The position numbers and the translations under genes were made by a program. Of a stretch of 64,000 nucleotides of DNA, positions 26,486 to 39,290 are shown piece after piece (the stretch's first letter is position 1; every line of letters begins with the position of its first letter). Under the pieces are notes generated by a model. That model was not told the DNA's origin and did no database searches. It was given only the letters and a program-made list of their open reading frames with translations. The DNA is from Schmidtea polychroa (lineage: Eukaryota). Where the stretch lies: assembly GCA_044892525.1 (NCBI GenBank), contig CM097886.1, positions 120,962,001 through 121,026,000 on the forward strand, in the 5' to 3' direction.

Positions 26486-29240
26486 TAAAGATTGGAATCG
26501 AGAAATCTCGTATCGGGAATTCTCGAGACTTGTATATTTTTTTTATGTCTTGTTTCTCGAGAAGTGAAAAAGGTTAAAAAACGAGATTCTCGATTTCTCG
26601 AGATTTTATTTTCAAGTCCCGAGAAGGAAACCTTAAAATATTTCCCCATAGAAAATTCTTATTTATAGAAAATTCCCCAACAAATTATAATTTTTGACTT
26701 ATTTAATAGATGGTATATAATAGATAGTATATATTTATCACTCGATCCATAATACTTTTATTAAATTTCGAAAACCAATACTTTCAAATTATACAATTTA
26801 GTACATTTTTCTGTAGTTGCTGTGATAGCAATTGTTTTAAAAGTGCACAAAGCTAATTTTGTAATTTTAATTCTATTATTAAATTATTATTATATATTTA
26901 TACAAATCATACCAGAAAAAATTTAAATATTTCGTAAGTATTGATAATTAAATCATTTACAATTACAATCACAATTACTTTATTTAGAACTTAAAGTAAA
27001 GGGCTAAAGATGTCTGAAAATACCAAACCAAATGAGTATCAGAATTGTTGGCTAGAATTTGAAAGAAGTGAAGACCGAAATATGGCAATATGTAAATATT
27101 GCAAAAGTGAAATTAATTGCAAAGGATCAACAACAACTGGATTACACCGGCATTTAACAGCAAAACATGGTATGACCAAGACTTTGCAGGCTGGAAATAT
27201 AGGTTGCAAACGTATGAGAAGCAGTGCTACTACGAGCATAAATAATTATTTTAAACCAAAAAGTACACAACCACAAAGTCTTGGGGAAATTGTTTCAAAA
27301 CTAGCAGCGTTCGACAATATTCCCATTCAAAAAATTTCAAAATGTGAATTTATTCGAAAAAGTTTAGAATTACAAGGATTTGTTTTACCAAAATATCCAA
27401 CGGATATAATGAATATAATTTATAAATATTACAATGAAAAAAAAGATGATATTGTCAATAAAATAAAACTAATAAAATCAAAAAATCAAAAAATTTCTTT
27501 AAGTATTGACGAGTGGACCAGTTTTAGGAACCGACGATATTTAAATATACATATATATTATAATGCAAGTGGTATGTCGGAAAATCTAGGACTAGTTCGT
27601 ATACATGGTAGCTGCCCGGCAGATAAAATGGTCGATTTAGTAAATGAAAAGTTAAATTCATTTAATATTAGTTTTGATAAAGATATTATTGCCACTACAA
27701 GTGATGGTGCAAGCGTTATGGTAAAATTTGGAACTTTATCACCAGCTTTGTTGCAGCTATGTTACAATCATGCTTTACATTTGGCAGTCCTTAAAATATT
27801 TTATTCAAATAAAAATAATGAACATGAACATTCTTCAGATTCTGATTCATCAGATGATGTTGAAGACAATTTATTTTCAGATGAAGATAATAATTTAACA
27901 CAGGAAACATTTTTATTGAATGATATAGATGATATAAAACTAACAATTCTAAAAATTCGAATAATTGTTAAAAAATTTAAAAATTCCCCTGTACGAAATT
28001 CTGTTCTTCAAAAATATGTAAATGAAGTAGAAAATAAAGATCTACATTTATTACTTGACTGCAAAACAAGATGGAATAGTATGATCACAATGATAGAACG
28101 ATTTTTAAGGTTGATTGAACCAATAAAAAAAACGCTAATAGATTTAAATTTTTATGATTTATGGGATAATAATTTTACTCTTAAAGCAAAAAATATTTTA
28201 GAAGCGTTAAAACCAGTAGAAATTGCTGTTGAAGCATTATCCAGACAAGACACAAATTTATTAACATCGGAAGGAATATTAAGATTTTTGTTCGAATCGT
28301 TGACTGAGCAGAGTACACATTTAAAAGCCGTATTACTTACTGAAATAACAGATCAAATTTCGAAAAGGAGAAATGTACCTTTAGTCTCATTAATTAAATT
28401 TTTAAATAATCCCAATTCCTTAAATGCTGATGCAAAAGATTTTTTCAAATCTGCTTCGAAAAATGAAATGTTAAAAGTAGCAAAATCTATTATGCTGAAA
28501 ATTAATAAAAATGATGGTGATGGTGAAGGAGCTGTTGTTGGTGTTGGTGATCATCCAAATAATTGTGAGGAGAATAATATTGAAATAATTGAAATTGATA
28601 AATCTGCTGAAAAAACATTAAAAGAAAAACTTGAAGATTCGATCAACAATTGTTTGGCAACAGCTGAAATAAAAACAAATGTAAATTTATTATTAAAGGA
28701 AATGAATTTATACGAAATAAATGGACAAATTTCCCAAAACTTATTCAAAATAAAAGAATGTTTACTGACTATCAGACCAACATCAACACAAAATGAAAGA
28801 AACTTTTCAACAGCAGTAAATATAGTAACTAAAAAACGAACACGTTTAACTGACAAAGCAATTGATGCACTTTGTTTTTTAAAATTTTATTTCACAAATA
28901 TCAATAAATAAAAAATATTATATTTGTTTTTGTGGTATATTTGGTATAATATCATATGATGTATTAAATTTTCTATTTTTGCTATATATTCTTTAGTTTT
29001 GTAGTGAATAGTGTTAGTTTTAATTGTGTTAGTTTTATTTGAATACAATTTTTTTCTTTGAAATTTTCTTGTTTTCTCATTTTTTATAAACTATTTCAGA
29101 TTCTTTAATTTCTCGGAAAATTTCCCGGGTCCTGAAATTTCTTGAACGAGACTCTCGCTTTCTCGAGAATCATAATATTGCAAAAAACGAGACTCTCGGA
29201 TTCTCGAGAAATTAAAAAAGTTGAGAAATCCCAATCTCTA
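26486..29240 (+). mobile_element. Full-length hAT element (Ac/ZBED-like)
   Basis: TIR TA(A/G)AGATTGG(A/G)AT. 8-bp TSD AATTAGAT/GATTAGAT. TCTCGAGA subterminal repeats. Confidence 0.92.
27010..28911 (+). CDS. Intact hAT transposase with BED zinc finger
   Basis: 633 aa with CKYC...HLTAKH BED finger, SLSIDEWTS, TSDGASVM, CYNHALHL, CKTRWNS and PTSTQNERNFS. Confidence 0.95.
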   Translation: MSENTKPNEYQNCWLEFERSEDRNMAICKYCKSEINCKGSTTTGLHRHLTAKHGMTKTLQAGNIGCKRMRSSATTSINNYFKPKSTQPQSLGEIVSKLAAFDNIPIQKISKCEFIRKSLELQGFVLPKYPTDIMNIIYKYYNEKKDDIVNKIKLIKSKNQKISLSIDEWTSFRNRRYLNIHIYYNASGMSENLGLVRIHGSCPADKMVDLVNEKLNSFNISFDKDIIATTSDGASVMVKFGTLSPALLQLCYNHALHLAVLKIFYSNKNNEHEHSSDSDSSDDVEDNLFSDEDNNLTQETFLLNDIDDIKLTILKIRIIVKKFKNSPVRNSVLQKYVNEVENKDLHLLLDCKTRWNSMITMIERFLRLIEPIKKTLIDLNFYDLWDNNFTLKAKNILEALKPVEIAVEALSRQDTNLLTSEGILRFLFESLTEQSTHLKAVLLTEITDQISKRRNVPLVSLIKFLNNPNSLNADAKDFFKSASKNEMLKVAKSIMLKINKNDGDGEGAVVGVGDHPNNCEENNIEIIEIDKSAEKTLKEKLEDSINNCLATAEIKTNVNLLLKEMNLYEINGQISQNLFKIKECLLTIRPTSTQNERNFSTAVNIVTKKRTRLTDKAIDALCFLKFYFTNINK

Positions 29241-29736
29241 GATTAGATGACCTTACTTAGCAGTAATTTGTGTTAATGGTAAATTTATTTTGTTTTAACT
29301 GATAAATTGAATTAAGTGCAAATAAAGATAAATAAAATATTCAGGTTAATAACAATTTCTTTTCTGATAATTTTGTTAAAGTAAGATAAATAAAATAGTC
29401 AAGGTAATAATAATTTTTCAAATGTAAATTTCTAAATAACGTTTTCTTCATTGACAAAATAAGACAATATATTTTTTTTGTGTCATAATAATCTTCAAAG
29501 GTAAATTACACATGAGATAATTAGTAAAGGAAATGATGAGATGTAATAAATCAAATTTTGTTTGTGATCAAGTCTCCGTTCCCAGCGCTCTAATGTTAAT
29601 CAACTCAATTTAATACTAGTAGGAGTGATGATATCGTATAAGGGGATTGGTAAAATGACAAGTATTATCAAACTTTCTTCTGCATCCTATTCCGTCACAT
29701 TGTTATTTTAAATTATCATACCAACTTATCTTCAGA

Positions 29737-30462
29737 ATGTGTGAACCAAGCTTGCCGCCAAAAGGTCTGCAGTCATGCTTCTCATGCGCTGGTAAAAATG
29801 CAGACATAAAGATGCTGCAGGAGTACAATGGGGCTCTTAAGAAGCGGATCGAATATTATGAGGGTACGTGGTTCTCCCCACCACAAATGAAGGAGGAGCG
29901 AGCGAAAATATTGCGGCTGGAGCACTGTCGTGACAGTCTCCTGGAAGAAAGCCGTTGCCAACGGCTGACCATCAAAGCCCAGTCGGAGGCTCTCCACAAG
30001 ATCTATACTGAGAAAGAAATTCTACAAAGGGTTCGAGAATACCCGGTCATTGATGGGACTAATGTCTTCCCAGTACATCACCAACAAGGAAATCCGCAAC
30101 CCTCTAAGTCTCATTGAAGTGGGCATGGAAATGATTTCCCACCTCTCATCGTCCCAATATAGTCGGGATCTTCTAAAACAAATGACACCTCGACGGTGAA
30201 AGTCATCAATTCTGATTCTATGCCCAAGAAGCGGAAACGACCATCACGGGCCGAGAAAAACCAGAAGCGAAGGGATACCATCGCTGCTTTGGAGGCATCT
30301 CTGTTCGCTGCCCAGTCGTCTAGGAAACGAAGTCCAAAGGTTCAAGTACCTGTCTCAACCGGGGATTTTCGAATTATCTCCACTGAAATGTGTCAACTTC
30401 GAAAAGATGCCCGGCTACAGATGGATATAGACGCCCTGTTAATGGAGGGCGAGATGCAGTAA
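29737..30462 (+). pseudogene. ORF-X copy B (disrupted around 30060-30200)
   Basis: ATG follows acceptor CTTATCTTCAG. MCEPSLPPKGLQSCFSC...EHCRDSLLEESRCQRL. A second fragment carries KKRKRPSRAEKNQKRRDTIAALEASLFA and DIDALL. Confidence 0.85.
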
Positions 30463-30715
30463 TGAATGCCAACCATTCCGCACTCCGGATCCGGAATGCT
30501 GATATATCCTATGTACTCTACGTATAATGAACTGTGTTTTGCATGAATATCTTACATTTTTCATGTCGTTTAAATAAAAGTATTAGTATTAAAGCTGTTG
30601 TGTTAAATCTGACCATGTGATTTGAGTGTTTGAAAGTGACAAAATCTAAATAAACCAGTTCGATGTTTGAAAGACGTCCCTTGGACCAGGACGCAAGTTG
30701 GTGTACAAAAATGAG

Positions 30716-30855
30716 GTAAGGCCTTCTATGGCACTCGCGAACCCGCATTGTGAAGTCTACCGGGAGTAGTTCTAACATAGGAGCTCACCTGCTGGTAGAT
30801 TCCAACCTATGTGTACGATACCAGCGTGTTACACCATCACGGGTACACATAAGGG
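30716..30855 (+). ncRNA. Structured RNA motif M1 (unknown family)
   Basis: GTAAGGCCTTCTA; CTACCGG-GAG-TAGT-hairpin-GCTC-ACCTG-CTGGTAG; TATGTGTAC/GTACACATA stem enclosing GATACCAGC and a hairpin. Confidence 0.7.
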
Positions 30856-31059
30856 AGACGATTGCAATATCATGAAGGTTGTTTAGGGCATGTTATCTCT
30901 TTCCCCTTTGTAACCAACATAAGTTTAAACTGCATACAAATCAAGCCAACAGGGAATGATTTTATATTTCATTTAAGATGGATTTAAATTATGAAATGAG
31001 TTTCATATTTTGATTTTCGATTTAATTCAAAAGGATCGACCTGGGAGTAGTTAAATTAA

Positions 31060-31350
31060 GGGTTTACAAATTAAGAATCACTAGATTTAATTAAGTTCGC
31101 ATATTTAACTTAACGGTTAATAAATTCAGGTTTAATAAATTAGGAGTTGATAACTTTAGAAATAATAAATTGAAATTTTATAAATTTGTACATTTAAATT
31201 AAAGATTAATGAGTTCAGGTCTATTAAATTAAAATTTAATAAATTTAGAATTGATAAATTAAAATTTTATTATTTAAATTAAGTTGGGATCTTTCAATTA
31301 CGGACCATCAAATCAAGGTTCAATAAATTAAAAGTTGACAGGATAGGAAA
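31060..31350. repeat. Degenerate 15-bp tandem array
   Basis: Units such as TAATAAATTCAGGTT, TAATAAATTAGGAGT, TAATAAATTGAAATT. Confidence 0.65.
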
Positions 31351-31904
31351 ATTAACGATTTAAATTATATTTGTTTGGTCAGACCATTTCACATTTTTGT
31401 TTGTCAGATTGAATTATAATTAAAAAATGTTAATGCAATTTGGCCTAAATCGGACAAAATTTCTTAGCTACCGAACCTTGTTAGCTGGAAACTGAGTGTA
31501 ATACTCGAGTCGTTACTTAAGTTCCTTACCTTTCCTCCGTAGATAATGGTAGTAAGTGGTGTCATCGACATTGGTCCAGGTAATAAAATTTATATCTCCT
31601 TTTTGGTTTATTTTTAGTGATGGTGATTTTCCCTTATTTTCCAATTATTCTGACTGCAAATCTTCGGTATATGATGAAATTCGGATTATGGTAATATTAA
31701 ACTCTCGAAATCGGATTTTTTCGTTTCTCAAATACCTGATTTGTTCTAATAAACAAAATGTTGTTATTATTTTTATTTCGTAACAATGCAATGTAACAAG
31801 GTATCAAAGATGGTTGAATTTATTATATAGCGGCGAACCCTCGAGCTATTTCCTGGTTATCGCTTGACTCCTGTTGGGTAGTCGTGATTTTAGTTGTTGA
31901 TATT

Positions 31905-32037
31905 CCCGTACGTACACCGTGATGATGGTTCACGTTGGTACACAGGTCGGAACTGATGGACAGGTCAGCATCTGCGTTAAGACTACTATCCACCAAATTC
32001 ACAGTGCAGGTTCCTGGTTGCCGATAGAAGGCCTTAC
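31905..32037 (-). ncRNA. Structured RNA motif M2
   Basis: GTAAGGCCTTCTATCGGC; TGGTGGA-TAG-TAGT-hairpin-GCTG-ACCTG-TCCATCA; GTAC-CAAC-GTGA..TCAC-GG-TGTAC. Confidence 0.7.
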
Positions 32038-32291
32038 CCCTTAATATTCGCCTCTGGTCCGGCGAGACGGTCATTATACCTACATATTCAGTCATGTCAC
32101 ATCCCTCATGTTTACACGCGCAATTGACGTTCTTTATTACCTTATTTATTCACTTGCTTTTTTGCCCAATTCGATTTTCGATTCCTAATTTAATTAACCA
32201 AAATCTCAGATAATTCAGACGCCCTCCTTATCACAGACCTCGAAAGTTATAAAATGAATAGCAATTTAACATCAAAGATTTATTGACAATA

Positions 32292-32790
32292 GGAAGCATC
32301 AATTAAGGACGTCCCATAAAATAAGCACTTTTTGACCCCCTTGTCCCTTTTCTGGAGACCTCCCGACGGAGACATCCGTCCGAAAACAGAACTCCCTTAT
32401 TTTCAGACGAAATTTAGAACATAAAATTATAATATTAGGCAGATTATTTTGTTGCTGGTAATACATAATATTGTTTAAGCTTTAGTAAAAATTGTCCAAA
32501 TTTAAAGAGAATCCATTTTTTAAAACAAAATTAATAAAGTGTTGGGACAAAACTGTAATATTAAACTAATATTGATACAGGAGCATAATTTAATGAAATA
32601 GGGTGCTAGGTTATAGGCTACAAGTTTGCAACTCTTACTAAGAGATGGGAGATAATGTTCAAATAATAGGGGTGTTGGGTAGGTATTAGGTTTAGTCTGA
32701 GGATGTCCTAAGCACTTGGACCCCCTCCCCCATTGTCCCTCTGTAGAGACCCCCCCTCCCTCTTAGTGAACGTCCTTAATGGATGCTCCC
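32292..32790. mobile_element. MITE between ORF-X copy C and motif M2
   Basis: Inverted ends GG(A/G)AGCATC(A/C)ATTAAGGACGT; TSD not resolved. Confidence 0.7.
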
Positions 32791-32917
32791 ATAAAACATA
32801 TTTAGACACCGAAAAACAGACTCAAATCAAGCAATGGAATCATTCCTCACATATATTGTCTCAGAGTTTCCAAATAGTGTGGTCCCGTAGAGTTCATATT
32901 CATTGGGAATATATGCA

Positions 32918-33603
32918 TCAGATAGTAGCGTCTTCGGCTAGTAATGCATCAATATCGGCCTGAATCCAGGGGTCGTTTGGAGCCGAGGTTTTACCCGACG
33001 AAATTATCCGGAATTGATCAGGAGTGGCGACTGGAAGAATAACAGAGATGTTCGCGAACAAAGATGTCTCGAGCGCTGTACGTTTAGCTCTTTCGCTTCT
33101 TTACGCCACTCTGTGATGTTGTACTGACATTTATCGAGACGATGTTAGGCGCAGGATTGACGATACCTGGTCCTGCCGAGGGAATCAATACCGTGTTCCC
33201 ACTGAGAATCGGGTCGACAATTTTAGTCAGCTCAGGCCCATGACTGGTGCAAGACGATGCCACTGGTACGCTTACTTCATCGGTATTATGATGTAAGGGG
33301 AATATATTAACCCCATCTTTGATTGGGGACTCTCGTATTCTCCACTGCATCTCCGATTCGGTATTGCGCTTTTATCGTGAGCCTCTGGCATCTACTCTCT
33401 TCTAGGAAACTGTCACGGCAGTGCTCCAATCTCAGAACTTTCATCATATCCTCTTTCATTTGTGGTGGGAGAACCACGTGTGTTCGAGCGTTTCAATACG
33501 CTGTTTCAGAACCCCTGTGTCTGAAGTTTTCGAATATCGGCATTCTTGTCGGAGCACGAGAAACACATCTCGGCTCCTTTTGTGGTAGACTGGGCTCACA
33601 CAT
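32918..33603 (-). pseudogene. ORF-X copy C (several frameshifts)
   Basis: Acceptor TTTTTCTTCAG then MCEPSLP; CFSCSDKNADI; WFSPPQMKE..KVLRLEHCRDSFLEESRCQRLTIKAQ; ALETSLFA; DIDALLAE. Confidence 0.85.
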
Positions 33604-35487
33604 TATTCTGAAGAAAAACGATGAACTTATTTCCGCCAAAATACTCCCCTCCTTCCCATCTACTCTTTCCAATCTCTCACGAATACCCCATCCCCTTCAA
33701 TCATCATCGGCAATTCCCCAATTCCCTTTACAAAGTGTCCTTGACGGATAAGTTTAATTTAAACATTTAATTAACGGTTGAGGGTTCATGGATCGATAAA
33801 TGAAGTAATTATTATTATTGTATACTAAAATTTAAGAATTCCTAGTTTCCGAAATTACTTAACGTCATATTGTTGAGTTAGAGTTATATATATTTCACTT
33901 TATGATTTCGAATTTACCGTATTGTATTCTTACAAATTTTTTAAGGTAAGTACTATTTAACGTGATAATTAAATAAGTCTATAAGTAACAATTTTTGCGT
34001 TGGAATTTGGCGAGTTTTACTATATCCTTATTTGACTAAACGACAAGATGAGAAAAACTCTAGAAAACTTTCCACTTGGGGGAGTCGAGTGTATCGACTT
34101 TTTACTATAGGCTTATGTCCCTATTACTTTATTATCAAACTACATGTACTTAATTGTCTGTTTGCATTTACTACTTGGAGATTATGTAATCATTGGATGT
34201 TTGTTTATTAGTTTCAAACATCATTAATTAGATTTAGTGCTGTGAATTCGGTTCCTGTTTTATGTAAATAGACGGTTTGGTGAAATCTCCAAATTTTTTA
34301 TAAACATTAATTCGCCATTGATAAACAAAGCTGGGATCGCCGAGATATCTGTAAGCTCTACCCTACCATGGCGATTGTTTATGATTCGTCGACGTCGATG
34401 ATTGTGACTTAATGTTACGTGAATATTGGAAGATTTTATCCCACGTATGATATTAGTATTATTTCTATCAGATTGTCTTAGATTGAATTCGAATCTCTAT
34501 GTCGCTTACTGGACTACCCCTGGTAACTACTTACAAAGGTGTTCATCGTGTTCAAGAGTTCCATTTCCAGCTACTTATCTAAAAACGGAAGAAATTCTGC
34601 GAATGATCAATTTTCCACTATAGTTGTACGAAAATCCAAACTCTCATCATCTATATTCTCAGGACATTCTATCATTCTACGCATTTCTCTACTCGCCCCT
34701 CGAAAATGGCATTTGCTACTCTCGTTATCATATAAAATGTGAAACTGGCATCATTGATCCATCCACCCTGCATGGTACACTCAAAAAGCCACCGGTGCAA
34801 GCACTGACTACCTTCGAACGACCTTACAACACGGTTCGATCATTATAACAATTAAATAATTATAATAATAAAAATTATCTATTCTGCAAAATTAGAATAA
34901 TACTAAAAATCTATTTGGTGAATTAAAATAATAATCATAAAATTCCCACCGATGACCATATCACCTGATCCCGTGCATGAATGTTTCATTCATTGGATTC
35001 TTCCCGATTTCGAAACTTTCATAACCAATTTTCCGGAATTTCACATGGATAATTTCTATTTTCGGCGATTTGCATGCCATATTGAAAATCATAATAATGC
35101 TCTCTATCCATGCACGGCTCCTCAGGCAATATCGTCCGCAGGGCCCATCATGAAGAGAGAAAATGAAATTCAATGAAAATCTTTTAATTAAGTAAATGTT
35201 TTAATTCTGATTTATACAATAATTTATCATAAGACTGCTTAATAAAAATTTCATAACGATTAATATCAAATAAACTAAATAAAATAAACAGTAAATTACT
35301 TTTCCGTATATAAGTCTATGAATCGAAACAAGATTTCTACTGATTGTTCTCTCGAAATGGTCCCTCGAAATATGATTAATTAATCTTAATAGTATTTATT
35401 TCTGTATGAATCTGTCGTCAGGTCCTTCGGAGTTTTGAATGCTAAGTTGTCCTGTCGTATAAATTTAAAAGTTGCCTAACTAACTTA

Positions 35488-35900
35488 GCGGCCGCTATAT
35501 ATACTAATTTTTATCCAATCAGGACGCGATTGGTGTGTTTCTTATTATTTTCTTTGGTTTTTATAGCTTATTTGTCAATTTTAATTTATTCTTTTATTTA
35601 TTTTTCTATTCATTCTGAATTTTGACGTATTCCTTCGGCTGATTCTTTCCTAATTGGTTAATTTTAGTCCTTATTTTGCGTTTTAGATTGTTTCTTACTT
35701 ATTTCTTTTAATTTTTATTAATATTCTTATTTTATTCGGTTATTTATTTTATTAATTTTGTCGGTTTATTCAGTCTGTGTTGTTGGTTATTTATTATGGG
35801 ATTCTCATTTGTCGTTTTTTATTATTTTTTCAATTATTTAATTTCCCTTTTTCTTTTATTTAACTCGCCCATTTTTCCTGTTGTTGTAATTTAATTTCAG
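35488..35900 (-). promoter_or_regulatory. LTR-like promoter module P2
   Basis: Minus strand: A-rich tract, ATTGG at 35519-35515, TATATATA at 35503-35496, GCGGCCGCTAAGTTAGTTA (near-identical to P1). Confidence 0.55.
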
Positions 35901-36479
35901 ATGGGTTAGTTCCATTATTTTGGTGACTCCTGACTTTTTTGGTTTCCGTAATCTTATTACGACTTTTGTTAGTTTTTGAACTTAGTTAACCTCATGGTTC
36001 TTATTAAATTTTTTCGATCATAGCTCTATTTCGATTCACAGTTTTACAATCCTATTTCGATTCTTGGCTTTTATCCCAACTCGCTTGGCTTTACATAAAT
36101 GCAAAAGGTAGGTTTTATTTGGTTCCGAGACATGGACTTAATGATGATACTATACCGAGTCACCTCCTGAAATTCACTCGATGAGGTGTGATGTAGGGTA
36201 TATGCCTATGCGTAGGGTTAACTGGTTTCTTGGCTTATGATTTTTAATATTTAAGTTAATCAATGTGTAACCATCCATGGAAATATTCTTAGAAAATATA
36301 ATTATTGAAAAAATTATTTAGTCAAATTCAATATCATTACAAAGTCATCATCAAAATCAAATAATTTATCCTATCATTTGATTATTGTAAAAACTCTAAC
36401 TATTAACCTAACTATCATTAAAAATAAATTTTTATTTAAAATTTAAAAACGAAGTCAATAAAAAATGCTTTATTATTAA

Positions 36480-36860
36480 AGACTCCCTTTTGTATTGAAA
36501 ATCCTAGGACTATTGAGACCCAACTTAATTTACTTGGAAAAATCTTGCTTTTTTAGTGTAGACCCCTTTTTGTATTGAAAATATCCTGAGACCTTAAATT
36601 ACTATGGGTTTTTTATCGAAAATTGAAATTTGTATTGAAAATTCCAGGACAAAGGAGACCCCTCACTATATTCAGAAAAATCCTTGACTTTTTTATTGAA
36701 GAGCACCTTTTGTATTTAAATTCTCAGGTTCCATCGAGAGCTCCTCACTAGTTAGAAAATTCTATACTTTTTTTATTGAAGACCACCTTTTTCTATTAAA
36801 AATATCCTCAGACCTTAAATTACCACGCATTTTTATTAAAGACTGATTTTGTATTGAAAA
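36480..36860. repeat. Degenerate tandem repeat (units of roughly 60-80 bp)
   Basis: Recurring TTTGTATTGAAAA...GAGACC motifs. Confidence 0.6.
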
Positions 36861-37443
36861 AAATTACAGAACAGCAATTACATAATCACAAAGCAAAAAA
36901 CGAGTTGCAACAATTTTTTACTTGTACTTGTTGCAGGGGTACTTTTTGCAGGGAGCTACTAAGTACCTACTATAGACTATTAAGAAATTGTTATTTTAAT
37001 AAATATTACGAACAATTTTTGTTATGATTGAAAAGTAAAGAAATTTAATTTTGAAAAATTTAATTATCATTACGACATATTATACTAATTCCATGATAAC
37101 TGATAAAAAATTTACCGATATATAACTACAGTAATGACAAATGAAAATGAACTTCTCGAATACAGAATTTTGAGTTCTCACAAAATGAATTTATTATTCA
37201 CTCATATGCTTACATTGGAGAATAGGGTATTGTGACATGAATTATACGATAGTCATGTCACATCCATGATTTCTTTGTCGGTTAATTGAGAAAAGATCAG
37301 TATAATTTTTTCTTGTGTTTGGAATTGATTAACAAAATTTCTGTAATAATTTAAACGCAAATAACCGTATTTTTTTAGTCGTTGTATATCTTGTACAGTT
37401 TACAAAAGTCCAATTTCTATTACACACCATAGTGCAATATTAA

Positions 37444-37511
37444 CCCTTTGGACGCGTCAAGCGACTATAGTCGCCCGAATTTAATTGAATAAATCTACCA
37501 CGTTGAAAGGG
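37444..37511. mobile_element. 68-bp piggyBac-type MITE
   Basis: TTAA|CCCTTTGGACG...CGTTGAAAGGG|TTAA. Confidence 0.7.
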
Positions 37512-37799
37512 TTAATATATTATTTATATTAAATTGTTTTTTATTTTAATCATGTATGTCAGGAAATATTTCACCAATAAATAAAAGAAATATAAGTTAC
37601 GTCACTCCATATAAAATTCGTAATCACTCTGTATCGTTAGAAGTTTATTAAGTTATAACTTGCTACTACTATTTCATAAGTAAATTCTTTGAAATGTTGA
37701 TTTGGAAATCAATCTTCTCTTTTAATTTTTTTTGTTTTAATCTAGCGGGTAATTAGGCAAATGATACGACCTACATAGTATGTAAAAAGCACTACCAAT

Positions 37800-38175
37800 A
37801 CTCAAATTAATTTGAAAGTACTGAATAAAACAAAAGAATAAAATAGAAATAAAATTAATAATAAAATAATAAATTGATAAACTGCAAGCAGATGCACACG
37901 AAACACATTTTAAAGCATAGAAATAACATAAATCGCTGAAAAAGACACAGAAAATAGCAAAAAAATACTGTCTTATGAAAAGGCTATCCTTCGATCAATC
38001 AAAATAAAAAAAGAATTAAAATAAAAAACAACAAATTTTAACAAAATAAAGAAATAGGTTAATCAAAATGATTGGAATTTCAGATCAAAAAATAGAAATA
38101 AAACACGATCTGAAACACACACGATCGATCCTGATTGGTCGATGGCATGCACGACAGACTATGTAAAGGGCCGTC
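37800..38175 (+). promoter_or_regulatory. Degenerate LTR-like promoter module P4
   Basis: A-rich tract, CTGATTGG at 38131-38138, TATGTAAAGGGCCG at 38160. Confidence 0.35.
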
Positions 38176-38821
38176 TCAGTAGCTACATTACCCTTTTTAC
38201 TTTAGAAAATCTAGTCTAAACAATTCAGTAACTTGAATTACTTATTCTATTTATCTTTCAACGACTATCTATAGTTAACTTTTCTACGAATTTCCATCAT
38301 ATCACTTCGGAAGCATAATTTATTATTTTCAACATTGCAATTTCCTGCTTATAATTGTATAATTCAAAAAATAGTTTATTTTATCATCGGTCATTTGGAT
38401 CATTTTGGTATCACAATTATCGACATCAATTGTAATTTATAGTTTGTAGCTTGGAACCGAATTATTATACTCATAGTAAGCGTGGTTTGATATTTTATTA
38501 TTCATGTAATTAATAATATTATGTAATAACTATTGTAGTTAATATTTATTAAAATTTGTTAAAAGTGTCGTTCTTCCTCCTAAATCTAATATCTGTCTAA
38601 CAGTTTTAATTCATTAAATTTTATATTAGTATAATATTAAGAACTCATTAAATCTTATATTTTTATGATCATGCTAACTCATTAAATTTTACAATTACCG
38701 ATATTTTTAGCAGGGCTATTGTTGAGATTTCCAGTGTGTAGGGAAAGGTGACCTGCGTAATTGATAAAGTCGGGATCGATGAGTTGGAGATCGTCACCAT
38801 GGAGAATAAATAACTCGTAGA

Positions 38822-38955
38822 CATAAACCCTTCTAACGACACTCAAGAACCCGTATGAAACTTAAAGTGGAGTAGTTATAAGATAGTAGCTCATCTGCCC
38901 TTTATTTTTCACTGACAGTGGGCAGTACCAACATGACGGTTGTCATGTGTACGTA
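38822..38955 (+). ncRNA. Structured RNA motif M3 (degenerate)
   Basis: CCTTCTA; TAAAG-TG-GAG-TAGT..GCTC-ATCTG-CC-CTTTA; CAGTACCAAC-ATGAC-GGTT-GTCAT. Confidence 0.6.
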
Positions 38956-39290
38956 CATTAGTCATTATTTTTATAAATCATGAGCGTTGAACTGAGTCAA
39001 CAATCAACTATGAGTTTTAGTTTTGTTTACTCAAACGCCAACAGAAATATTGATGTAAACTATTTCATGATAAAAATTTCTTTATAAATGTTGTTCTCCT
39101 ATAATTCGCTGAAAAACACTAAATAATTTTATGTTTGGAAATAAGAAAAAGCCGAAACAAATCAAGAATTTAGAAATTATTTATTCACAGTATGATTATT
39201 TCAACAGTTGTCTTTAAACAAGATTTTGTGATTGTAAATCTGTATCGGCGACAATGTATAATTCTCCGTCAACCTCATCAATTACCAGTA

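Noticed and set aside
30473-30502. U1 snRNA-like CCATT..GCACTCCGGAT..GCTGA
   Set aside because: Only a short match to U1 loop II; no ATACTTACCTG 5' end or Sm site. It is a simple hairpin in the ORF-X 3' UTR.
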